The position numbers and the translations under genes are program-made. This document shows positions 55,999 through 64,000 of a stretch of 64,000 nucleotides of DNA, piece by piece. Numbering within the stretch: the stretch's first letter is position 1; each line of letters opens with the position of its first letter. This DNA comes from an archaeon. Lineage in GTDB: Archaea; Nanobdellota; Nanobdellia; Pacearchaeales; GW2011-AR1. Where the stretch lies: positions 29,653 to 93,652 of the forward strand of contig JABHSE010000001.1 of NCBI GenBank assembly GCA_018697035.1. Reading direction: 5' to 3'. Under the pieces are notes generated by a model that did not search any database, was not told where the DNA came from, and was given only the letters and a program-made list of their open reading frames with translations.

Positions 55999-56805
55999 TT
56001 ATTTTACAACTTTGAAATTTTTCCAAGCAATTTCAAATAAACTTTCTAGTGCTTGTGCAAAAAATTCAGTGTTAAGCCAGATTCCTATATCATAAGTTGG
56101 GTGAACTTCATCGTCGTTTAGAAGCATAAACATCATCTGTTCACTATCTACTAACATGAATCTTGCGTTTAAATCCTGAACGTTTCGTACTTCTCCTACT
56201 TTTGTAAAATCTTTTGCAACCTTCTTATTATCTGCAGTTATTGGTGCAGCTATTCTAATTTTTACTCCTCGTTTTTTTGCTTTTTCTAGAGATGGTAGCA
56301 ATACTTCTAGTTTTCGACTTAAGCCATCTGCTGTTGTTACGAGTGTAATTGTTTTCTGAGCTTCTCGAACTAGCATATCTAAATGGTTGTAAATGTTTTG
56401 TCGGGATTTTAATGCTCCAGATAGATCGCTTGGTTCTATATATTTTATTCCGTCGGAGAATATAGTTGTTAATTCTTCTAATACTTCATCACCTTTTAAT
56501 TTTTCTAACCTTTTTGATTTTTCCTTTGCGTTGACGACTAAATTTTTCTTTACCCTTTCTATTACTTCCTCTGGTTTTAGTGCAACGAATTGGATTGGTT
56601 TGCCTAATTTCATCACTATAAATCCTTTTTTCTCTAGTGATTCTAGGATGTCGTAAGTTCGGGATCGTGGTACGTCGGAGATCGAGGAAAGCTCACCTGC
56701 TGTTGATGTTCCTCTAGAAAGTAACGCAGTCCAGACTTTTACTTCGTATAAATTCAGGTCGAATATTTTTCGGAGTCTGCTAAGGAATTCCTCTTTGACT
56801 ATCAT
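55999..56805 (-). CDS. TrmB-family transcriptional regulator
   Basis: LNLYEVKVW.ALL, VPRSRTYDILESLEKKGF, RGVKIRI. Confidence 0.92.
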   Translation of the reverse strand: MIVKEEFLSRLRKIFDLNLYEVKVWTALLSRGTSTAGELSSISDVPRSRTYDILESLEKKGFIVMKLGKPIQFVALKPEEVIERVKKNLVVNAKEKSKRLEKLKGDEVLEELTTIFSDGIKYIEPSDLSGALKSRQNIYNHLDMLVREAQKTITLVTTADGLSRKLEVLLPSLEKAKKRGVKIRIAAPITADNKKVAKDFTKVGEVRNVQDLNARFMLVDSEQMMFMLLNDDEVHPTYDIGIWLNTEFFAQALESLFEIAWKNFKVVK

Positions 56806-56889
56806 AGTTCTCCTAATTCTAAATAGTATTTAAATGTTTCTTTGGATTGTCTGGGTTTTTGGGAGTGAAAAGAAATTTTGTCGTCGGTA

Positions 56890-59730
56890 TCACAGTTTAT
56901 TGAATCTTGTTTCGAATTTTTTGTTTTTAATTTTTCCAACTTCAGAGTGATTAAATTTTTTGCTTGATTTTTCTAGGGAGAGTTTGGTTGCACCGACTCT
57001 TTGTTTTATGAAGTCTATTTGAGATTCTAATATTTTGTTAAATTCTGAGGTGATTTCTAGTTCTATGGTATCCGTTTTTACGAGGCTGGCTTCCTTTCTT
57101 GCTGCTTGGATTTTTCGTGATATTTCCCTAGCGTATCCTTCGGCTTCTAATTCCGGGGTTATATTTGTGTCTATGGTTATTTCTAATGTTTCTGAGTCTT
57201 TGTATTCTAGTTCTTTGATATTGAGTTCTTCCTTTATTATCTGGGATAATTCTTCGTTTGGTTGTATTGGTGTTGAGATTGTTGCGCTTGCTAGAGGCCA
57301 CTTTATTCCGATTTGTGCTTTGTCCCGTTGTCTAAGTGTTGTCGATACTATTTTTCTTGCGGTTTCCATTTCTGTTTCTAGGTCTTTGTTGATTAAGGAT
57401 TCGTCGGCGGTTGGGTAGTCTTGGAGGTGGACGGAGTCTTTTGAGTCGTTGATGTCTTGGTAGATGGATTCTGTTGCGAATGGGATTAGGGGGGCTAGTA
57501 TTTTTGTGAGTTTATTTAATATGTAGTATGTTGTTTTTTTTGCTAGTTTGTCGTCGTCGTTGAATCTGGTTCGGGAGTTTCTTATGTACCATGTTGAGAG
57601 GTCGTCGATGTATTTTTTTGCGAAGGCGCATGCTTTGATTGTGTTGTATTTTTCCATGTTCTCTTGGACGACCTTGTTTAGTTCTTCGGTTCGTGAGATT
57701 ATCCAGTTGTCCATTATGTTGTCGGACTTTTCGAATTTCTGGTCGTCCTTAGTTGCGTAGTCTTTGTAGAATCTTGCAACGTTGTAGAGTAGGACTGTTA
57801 TTTTCTTGTAAGTTTCTTGTAGCCCGGATTCTGAGAAGTTGAAATTTTCGGCTGTCATCAGTGGGGATTGTAACATGTAAAATCTGAAAGTGTCGGCTCC
57901 GTATTTGTTTATGATTGTTAGGGGGTCTGGATAGTTGTTTAGGGATTTCGACATTTTTTTTCCGTCTTCTGCTAGGATAATTCCGGTTGTTAGGACGTTT
58001 TCGAAAGGCATTTTGTCGAAGAGGATTGTTGATAAGGCCATCATGTAGTAGAACCAGGCTCTTGTTTGTCCGATATATTCTGTTATGAATTGTGCCGGGA
58101 AATTTTTGTCGAAGAATTCTTTGTTTTCGAATGGGTAATGGAATTGTGCGAATGACATTGCGCCTGATTCGAACCAACAGTCTAGGACTTCTGGGATTCT
58201 TGTATATTCTTCTCCGTCTATTTTTAGCTTGACTGGGTCTAGGAAGTCTTTATGTAAATCCACTTTGCCTTTAGGTAGGTTGATTGCGTGTTTTTTTAAT
58301 TCTTCAATTGAACCTAAGACTTTTATTTTTCCTGATTCAGATTTCCAGATAGGAATAGCTGTTGCCCAGTATCTGTTTCTTGTGATGTTCCAATCTGGTG
58401 CGGTTGATATGTTGTGTTGCATTTGACCTTCTCTAAGGTGAGATGGGAACCAGTTGATGTCGAGGTTTAGTTTCATGAATTTCTTTTTTACTTTTTGAAT
58501 ATCTACGAACCATGCTGGGAGTGCTCGGTAAATCAATTTTGTGTCACACCTATAGCAGAATGGGTATTCGTGTTCTATCTTTCTAGAAGAAATTGCTTTG
58601 TTTGCGGTTTTTAGGTCGATTACTATTTGGGTGTTTGTGTCGTGGACTATTTGACCTGCGTAGTCTTTTACTTCGGATGTGAAGTGTCCTGTTTCGTCTA
58701 CGGGTTGGACTGATGGTATTTTGTATTTTCTGCATATAGCATTGTCTTCTTCTCCGAATGCTGGGGCTGTGTGGACTATTCCGGTTCCTTCTTCGGCTGT
58801 TACGAAGTCACCTAGTAGAATTTTGAATGAGTTGGGGTTGTTCTTGAAATAGGGGAACAGTGGTTCGTATTCTAGTCCTTCGAGTTCTTTTCCTTTGACT
58901 TCTTTTGTTATTTTATATTCATCACTCGACTTATAGAATTTTTCTAGGAGGTCTTTTGCGAGGATGTATGTGTTGTTGTCGGAGGAGTCCTTTGCATAGA
59001 CATATGTTAAGGTTGGACTGACTGTTAGTGCTAAGTTTGAGGGGAGTGTCCATGGGGTTGTTGTCCAGGCTAGGGCGTAGGTGTTCTCTCCGTTTTTAAT
59101 TTGGAATTTTGCGGTTATACTCAAGTCTTTGATTATTTTGTAGGAGTTATCCATTGCGATTTCGGATTTTGCTAGTGGGGTTGCGCATCGAGGACAATAG
59201 AGTAAGACTTTTTCTCCTTCGTAAAGGTAGCCTTTGTTGTAGAGTTGCTGGAAGGCCCACCAGACTGATTCGATGTAGTTGGTGTCCATTGTTTTGTAGC
59301 CGTCTTCCCAGCTTACCCATCTTCCTAGTTTTTCTATGTAGGTTCTCCAATCGGAGTCATAGGTTAATACCTGGCTTCGGCAGTGGTCGTTGAATTTTTT
59401 TACTCCCATTTTTTCTATTTCGTCTTTTGAAGTTATGCCTAGGTTTTTTTCTGCGATTGATTCTATAGGTAAGCCGTGGCAGTCCCAACCCCATGTTCTC
59501 TTGACGTATCTGCCTTGCATTGTGAAGAATCTTGGAAAGACGTCTTTGATTGCGGAGATAAGTAAGTGCCCGTAGTGGGGGAGGCCTGTTGCGAATGGTG
59601 GTCCGTCGTAGAAGATGTAGGGTTTGCCTTTTTCTGTTTTCTTTAGGGATTTTTCAAATGTCTTATCTTTCTTCCAGTAGGCGGAGATTTCTTCCTCGGT
59701 TCTTTGTATATTTGATTTTTCTTTTACCAT
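56890..59730 (-). CDS. ileS: Isoleucyl-tRNA synthetase
   Basis: DGPPFATGLPHYGH, GWDCHGLP, WTTTPWTLP, KMSKS. Confidence 0.97.
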   Translation of the reverse strand: MVKEKSNIQRTEEEISAYWKKDKTFEKSLKKTEKGKPYIFYDGPPFATGLPHYGHLLISAIKDVFPRFFTMQGRYVKRTWGWDCHGLPIESIAEKNLGITSKDEIEKMGVKKFNDHCRSQVLTYDSDWRTYIEKLGRWVSWEDGYKTMDTNYIESVWWAFQQLYNKGYLYEGEKVLLYCPRCATPLAKSEIAMDNSYKIIKDLSITAKFQIKNGENTYALAWTTTPWTLPSNLALTVSPTLTYVYAKDSSDNNTYILAKDLLEKFYKSSDEYKITKEVKGKELEGLEYEPLFPYFKNNPNSFKILLGDFVTAEEGTGIVHTAPAFGEEDNAICRKYKIPSVQPVDETGHFTSEVKDYAGQIVHDTNTQIVIDLKTANKAISSRKIEHEYPFCYRCDTKLIYRALPAWFVDIQKVKKKFMKLNLDINWFPSHLREGQMQHNISTAPDWNITRNRYWATAIPIWKSESGKIKVLGSIEELKKHAINLPKGKVDLHKDFLDPVKLKIDGEEYTRIPEVLDCWFESGAMSFAQFHYPFENKEFFDKNFPAQFITEYIGQTRAWFYYMMALSTILFDKMPFENVLTTGIILAEDGKKMSKSLNNYPDPLTIINKYGADTFRFYMLQSPLMTAENFNFSESGLQETYKKITVLLYNVARFYKDYATKDDQKFEKSDNIMDNWIISRTEELNKVVQENMEKYNTIKACAFAKKYIDDLSTWYIRNSRTRFNDDDKLAKKTTYYILNKLTKILAPLIPFATESIYQDINDSKDSVHLQDYPTADESLINKDLETEMETARKIVSTTLRQRDKAQIGIKWPLASATISTPIQPNEELSQIIKEELNIKELEYKDSETLEITIDTNITPELEAEGYAREISRKIQAARKEASLVKTDTIELEITSEFNKILESQIDFIKQRVGATKLSLEKSSKKFNHSEVGKIKNKKFETRFNKL

Positions 59731-59731
59731 A

Positions 59732-59902
59732 TTATCTATTGATTATTTCGTGAGCTATTTTTCTTCTTAGGTTCGCTACTCTTTCTGTTTCTTTCTGTGG
59801 TGCGTCTTCTGCTGTCTGATATATCTCCTTCATTGATGGCGTGTCAAAATTTCTTCTTTCATATATTTCTTCCTTTCTTGGATTGTAGTTTAATGTCTTC
59901 AT
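59732..59902 (-). CDS. Orphan ORF (56 aa) tightly coupled to ileS, not in the ORF track
   Basis: ATG...TAA with a 1-nt gap to each neighbour. Confidence 0.55.
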   Translation of the reverse strand: MKTLNYNPRKEEIYERRNFDTPSMKEIYQTAEDAPQKETERVANLRRKIAHEIINR

Positions 59903-59903
59903 A

Positions 59904-60155
59904 TTAATTAGTTTGAATAGAGTTATTTAAGATTTGTTGTTCGAGGGATGGTCTGAGTTTGATTATTTTGGTTAGGACTGTTTCTGGGATTTGGAGGTTG
60001 GTGGATTTTTTTAGGGTTTCTGCTTGTTGGATTTTGTTTTGGAGTAGTAGGGATCCGTATAGTTCTAGGTTTCTGTCTTGGTTTTGTTGGTCTTCTAAGT
60101 ATGTGTGGAAATTTTTTACTTGCCTTTGTATGTATCCTGTATATGCGAAACTCAT
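59904..60155 (-). CDS. Hypothetical protein (possibly 5'-disrupted)
   Basis: 83-aa ORF; an out-of-frame upstream start (MVKKSQIKTIIILA*) lies at 60229. Confidence 0.45.
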   Translation of the reverse strand: MSFAYTGYIQRQVKNFHTYLEDQQNQDRNLELYGSLLLQNKIQQAETLKKSTNLQIPETVLTKIIKLRPSLEQQILNNSIQTN

Positions 60156-60318
60156 TTTGTGGGTTGTAATGGTAAGCTTAGAGCTTACGCTAGAATGATG
60201 ATGGTCTTGATTTGGCTCTTCTTTACCATAGAGTTTGTTTGGAGAAGTTGCTTTTAATGTTTTTGGTTAGATTGTGTAATACAATAAAACTTATAAATAA
60301 TCTGACGGGTTGTTTTCT

Positions 60319-60888
60319 ATGGATTATTTTGATTTGTTGGGAATGGGGGAAAAGGAAAAAGATATTTATTTTTTAAGAATGGCTTTTTTGGCCGCTAAAA
60401 ATCTTTCTCAAGATGTTAATACTCAAACAGGTGCGATTGTGGTAAGTCCCGATTTTAAATTAATTTCTGTAGGTGCTAATCGGGTTAATTTTGGAGATCC
60501 TAGGAGATATGAGGGAAGAGGGGAAAGGAAAGTGTTCGGGAGGCCAGAGAAGTATGAAATTATTACTCATGCTGAAAGAGATACACAGTATTGCGCAAAT
60601 AGAGCTGGACAAACTCTTGTGGATTGTACGTTATATACAACTTGGGTTCCTTGTGATACTTGTGCAGAGCTTACGGTGAATAATGGGATTAAGAGATATG
60701 TTACCCATCAGTCTACAATGGATTGGTACAATGAGGCTAGGAAAGATACCAGTGGGAGAATTAATTGGGATGAGAGTATAGCAGATGCTCTTGGGACATT
60801 TGAAAGGTCTAGTGTGGATTATATTTGTTTGAATGATAAGATAGGTGGGGTTGAGTTTTTGTTTGATGATAAAATTAGAGAGCCTTGA
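60319..60888 (+). CDS. Cytidine/dCMP deaminase family protein (second paralog)
   Basis: SQD.NTQTGAIVV, HAERD, PCDTCA. Confidence 0.88.
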   Translation: MDYFDLLGMGEKEKDIYFLRMAFLAAKNLSQDVNTQTGAIVVSPDFKLISVGANRVNFGDPRRYEGRGERKVFGRPEKYEIITHAERDTQYCANRAGQTLVDCTLYTTWVPCDTCAELTVNNGIKRYVTHQSTMDWYNEARKDTSGRINWDESIADALGTFERSSVDYICLNDKIGGVEFLFDDKIREP

Positions 60889-60890
60889 TT

Positions 60891-61616
60891 TTATTGATTG
60901 AATTTTTCTAATGCTTTTTGTTCTGTGTGGTTTATTGAGTTTGGAACGATCAAACAGAATGGCATTTCTATATTTTTGTCGGATAAATTTTCTGGTGTGT
61001 CGTAGAGGATTTTTTGTAGGGAGGTTCCTGCGTGAGAGATTGCTATGATTTTTTCTGGGAGATCTAGGTTTTCCTCTGAGGCTGATTCTTTCAATTGTTC
61101 GATTGCAGGTTTTATTTTTAATCCTATGTCAGTTAGGATTAGGGTGTGGGCTTGGATTGATTGGTTTTGTTTTATATAAATAGCGAATGAAGTTGGTTTG
61201 TTTGTGTGTTCTTCCCAGTTTGGCATTGAAGTTGTTTTTCCGAATTTGTATAATGATAAGCCTGTTTCGGCTATGGTTGTTAGGATTGAGGCGTTGTGGA
61301 ATATTTGATATTTGATATTTTGTTTTTTCGCTTCCAATATTAATTGCATGTGAGTTGTTGCTGAGAGGGAGTCTCCGTATACTAGTAATGCAACACGTGA
61401 ACTTTTTGCTTCTTCTAAGATTGATTCATCTTCGACTTTTTTTCTGTCTAGTTCCATTATTTTTACGTTGTATGCTCTTTCTAATTCTTCTTTTGAGTAA
61501 GGGAAGTTTACGGTGTAGTTTTCCAGGTAGACTTTGTCGCATTCTTTTAAGGCTATCAGGGCGTCTGCTGAGATTGAGGTTTTTGTCATTCCGGTGCCGA
61601 TTAGGTATAGTGCCAT
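60891..61616 (-). CDS. dph5: Diphthine synthase
   Basis: LYLIGTG, YLENYT, GDSLSATTH, HNASI, GLSLYKFGKTTS, HTLILTDI. Confidence 0.93.
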   Translation of the reverse strand: MALYLIGTGMTKTSISADALIALKECDKVYLENYTVNFPYSKEELERAYNVKIMELDRKKVEDESILEEAKSSRVALLVYGDSLSATTHMQLILEAKKQNIKYQIFHNASILTTIAETGLSLYKFGKTTSMPNWEEHTNKPTSFAIYIKQNQSIQAHTLILTDIGLKIKPAIEQLKESASEENLDLPEKIIAISHAGTSLQKILYDTPENLSDKNIEMPFCLIVPNSINHTEQKALEKFNQ

Positions 61617-61718
61617 GTTATTAGGGTGGATTTTTGGGTTAAGAAGTTTTTGGTTGGGTATGTGATATATATGTTGGATTATACTAGTGGATTTAAATGA
61701 AGATGTTTTGGGATTTTT

Positions 61719-62309
61719 ATGAGGAAGATTGAGAGTGTTAATTCTGCGAAATGTTTTGTGATTAGTGCGCCTTCGGGTGCGGGGAAGACTACGCTCGAGC
61801 GCAGATTGCTTGCAGATAAGCCTGATGTTTTTTATAATTCTGTTTCGGATACTACTAGGAGAAAGCGTTCTGATGAGATTGATGGTCGAGATTATAATTT
61901 TATTAGTGTTGCGGAATTTAAATCTAAAGTTGATAGTGGAGAATATTTGGAGTGGGCAGAGGTTCATGGGAATTTTTATGGGACTCCGAAGACGCCATTG
62001 TTTGATGCAATGAATCGGGGATTGTTTCCTTTGTTGGTTTTAGATATTCAAGGATATTTTCAAATTAGGAAGAAGCTTTCCTACGATAGGTTGTGTCCGA
62101 TTTTTATTTTGCCTCCTGACGAAGATGAGCTTGTTCGGAGGATTGGGAAGAGGGGGAAGATGAGTCCTGAGGATTTGAAGATTCGTCTTCGGAATTCTAA
62201 AAATGAATGTGCTGTTGCTGGTGAATTTAAGTATTGCCTGACTAATGATAATTTAGATGTGGCCTATTCTATTTTGAAGTTTATTGTCGAGAAAGAGATG
62301 GGGCTTTAG
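61719..62309 (+). CDS. gmk: Guanylate kinase (bacterial type)
   Basis: ISAPSGAGKTT, SVSDTTR..R..E.DGRDYNF, EWAEVHGNFYGT, FILPP. Confidence 0.93.
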   Translation: MRKIESVNSAKCFVISAPSGAGKTTLERRLLADKPDVFYNSVSDTTRRKRSDEIDGRDYNFISVAEFKSKVDSGEYLEWAEVHGNFYGTPKTPLFDAMNRGLFPLLVLDIQGYFQIRKKLSYDRLCPIFILPPDEDELVRRIGKRGKMSPEDLKIRLRNSKNECAVAGEFKYCLTNDNLDVAYSILKFIVEKEMGL

Positions 62310-62524
62310 GCTCGGTGCCAGGTGTGGGTTGTGATTAGGAGGAATGTTGAGGTTAGGAAGATTTGTTGGTTTTGGGAGATTGCGATTGCGGAGATGATTG
62401 CTAGGATTTTGATTAGGGTTGGGAAGTATTTTGTTTTGGTATAGATTGGTTTTTCGTCTTGTGTGGTTTTGGCTAGGATGATTCCGAGAGGGATTGCTAA
62501 AATTAGGGTTAGATATTCTATCAT
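62306..62524 (-). CDS. Small membrane protein
   Basis: Three hydrophobic segments; codon bias typical of minus-strand genes. Confidence 0.6.
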   Translation of the reverse strand: MIEYLTLILAIPLGIILAKTTQDEKPIYTKTKYFPTLIKILAIISAIAISQNQQIFLTSTFLLITTHTWHRA

Positions 62525-62614
62525 AATAGTTTATAGTTGGAGAGTTTTTAGATGTGTGTTTTATGGATGGTTTGTTACAATAATTTTTATAAGGGTGATT
62601 TAGTGTTTGTTTTT

Positions 62615-62899
62615 ATGAGAGATCTTTGCGAATTGGTTGGAGATGATTTGAGTTGTGGGGATTCTAATGTTGTTGATGTTGAGTATAAGGAGATTTGTGA
62701 TTCTAAAGATGGTCTGATGTTTCCTCTTTCTGCCTGTTTCGGTTCGGGCTGTGGAGCCTATGCCTTGCATGGTACTCTTAATATGTTTCAAGATTGGAGC
62801 ATTGTTGATCATTTGTATCATGCTGCTGGTGTGTCCGAAATGGGAGCGATTGGCGTGATAGCTGGATTAGGTTTTTTGAAAATATTAAAGAGGGGATGA
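62615..62899 (+). CDS. Hypothetical membrane protein
   Basis: TATA box upstream; two hydrophobic segments. Confidence 0.55.
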   Translation: MRDLCELVGDDLSCGDSNVVDVEYKEICDSKDGLMFPLSACFGSGCGAYALHGTLNMFQDWSIVDHLYHAAGVSEMGAIGVIAGLGFLKILKRG

Positions 62900-62933
62900 T
62901 AAGATTTTTAAGGGGACTTTATTTTAGTTTCTC

Positions 62934-63446
62934 ATGGATTTTGTCGAAGATGTTAGGAATGGGGCGATTTTTATTTATCCTACGGATACGATTTATGGTT
63001 TGGGGTGTGATGCTACGAATGAGGGCTCGGTTGCTTTGATTAGGAATATTAAATACAAAGATGGGGATAAGCCGATGAGTATTATTGCGCCGTCGAAGGA
63101 TTGGGTGTTGGAGCATTGTGTTGTCGAGGAGGATATTTTAGATAAGTATTTACCTGGCCCCTATACTTTGATCTTGAAGAAGAAGGATTCTAATTTCCTA
63201 GGACATGTTTCTTCTAATGATTGTTTAGGGATTAGGATTCCTGATTGTGAGTTTGCGAATATTGTTTCTAAGGCAGAAGTTCCTTTTATTACTATCTCGG
63301 TTAATTTTCTAGGAGAGCCTTTTGCTGTGAAGATTAGTGATATTCCGAGTGATATTTTGGATAAGGCTAATGTTGTTATTGGTGTTGGAACATTAGATGG
63401 TCGGCCGTCTACGATTTTTGTTGATGGGAAAGAGATTGAGAGGTAG
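62934..63446 (+). CDS. tsaC: Threonylcarbamoyl-AMP synthase (YrdC/Sua5 family)
   Basis: IYPTDTIYGLGCDA, KP.S, PGPYTLIL, GIRIP, PSTI. Confidence 0.92.
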   Translation: MDFVEDVRNGAIFIYPTDTIYGLGCDATNEGSVALIRNIKYKDGDKPMSIIAPSKDWVLEHCVVEEDILDKYLPGPYTLILKKKDSNFLGHVSSNDCLGIRIPDCEFANIVSKAEVPFITISVNFLGEPFAVKISDIPSDILDKANVVIGVGTLDGRPSTIFVDGKEIER

Positions 63447-63577
63447 GCGAGAAACTTTGTTTCTCGAGGTGGTAGGTTGTAGGTCACTTCGCTTGTAGGT
63501 TTGTAGGTCTTTTTGTGTTGCGCGTTTTGTACGCGCGTTTTGAGAGTGTTTAAATAATAGTTTTGATATTTGTTTTA

Positions 63578-64000
63578 ATGAAGCTTGTTGATGTGCACTG
63601 TCATTTGAATGATTCGCGGTTTGATGTGGATAGGGATGAGGTGCTTGCGCGGTTTAAGGAGAAGGGTGGGGAGATTATTGTTACGTCGGGTGTTAATCCT
63701 GAGAGCAATAGGGAGAGTTTGAAGTTGGCTGAGAGGTATGATGTTGTTCGGGCTTGTTTTGGGATTTATCCTACGGATGCTTTGGCAGCTGAAGTTGAAT
63801 CTGGAGAGTCTAATGAATTACTCAGGGAACTTAAAGAGTTTGATCTTGATGAGGAGTTGGCTTGGATTGAGGCGCATGCTGGGGATTGTGTTGCTGTCGG
63901 TGAGATAGGGTTGGATTATAATTTTAAGGAGTTTCAGACTGAGGAGATGAGGGAGAAGCAGAAGGTTGTTTTTCGGAAGTGTTTGCGGATGGCGAAGAGG
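63578..64000 (+). CDS. tatD: TatD-family hydrolase, 3'-truncated
   Basis: DVHCHL, GIYP, VAVGEIGLDY; runs off the window. Confidence 0.92.
   Translation, partial: MKLVDVHCHLNDSRFDVDRDEVLARFKEKGGEIIVTSGVNPESNRESLKLAERYDVVRACFGIYPTDALAAEVESGESNELLRELKEFDLDEELAWIEAHAGDCVAVGEIGLDYNFKEFQTEEMREKQKVVFRKCLRMAKR

Noticed and set aside
523..59575. Many 60-300 aa opposite-strand ORFs rich in N/L/I/P/S/T (e.g. 7951-8841, 16907-17800, 53373-54170)
   Set aside because: They overlap well-supported genes and reflect the strand skew, which depletes stop codons on the antisense strand.
60156..60229. Programmed frameshift or readthrough joining MVKKSQIKTIIILA* to the 59904-60155 ORF
   Set aside because: No slippery site or homology evidence; simple decay or chance is as likely.
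60891..61967. 358-aa version of the dph5 ORF
   Set aside because: The N-terminal 117 aa largely overlap gmk antisense; family homology starts at the ATG at 61616.

Overview
This is a 64-kb chromosomal segment of a small-genome archaeon, most consistent with DPANN (Pacearchaeota-like): fused RNAP A'A'', unsplit RpoB, archaeal EF-2/EF-1alpha, DnaG, ABCE1, Dph5, and TATA boxes about 22-25 nt upstream of many start codons. It holds a dNTP-synthesis cluster (thyA, tmk, nrdR, split nrdD, nrdG, dut, kinase-dCMP deaminase), the RNAP/str superoperon interleaved with orphan ORFs, an SMC, a copper-resistance cluster, ArgRS/IleRS and four tRNAs. No CRISPR array, integrase or transposase is visible. The main unexplained signals are: (1) seven ~100-120 nt imperfect hairpins with covarying stems and conserved internal loops, each at the stop codon of a + strand gene and often followed by a promoter and an orphan gene; (2) a condensin-type SMC whose hinge appears replaced by a central Rad50-like CxxC zinc hook; (3) a class III RNR whose glycyl-radical domain is a separate unannotated 39-aa gene, under bacterial-type NrdR with tandem NrdR boxes; (4) tRNA 3'-end duplications and atypical tRNAs; (5) a shared GTNNAC-N4-GTNNAC operator. 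All calls come from reading the sequence by eye; no searches were run.
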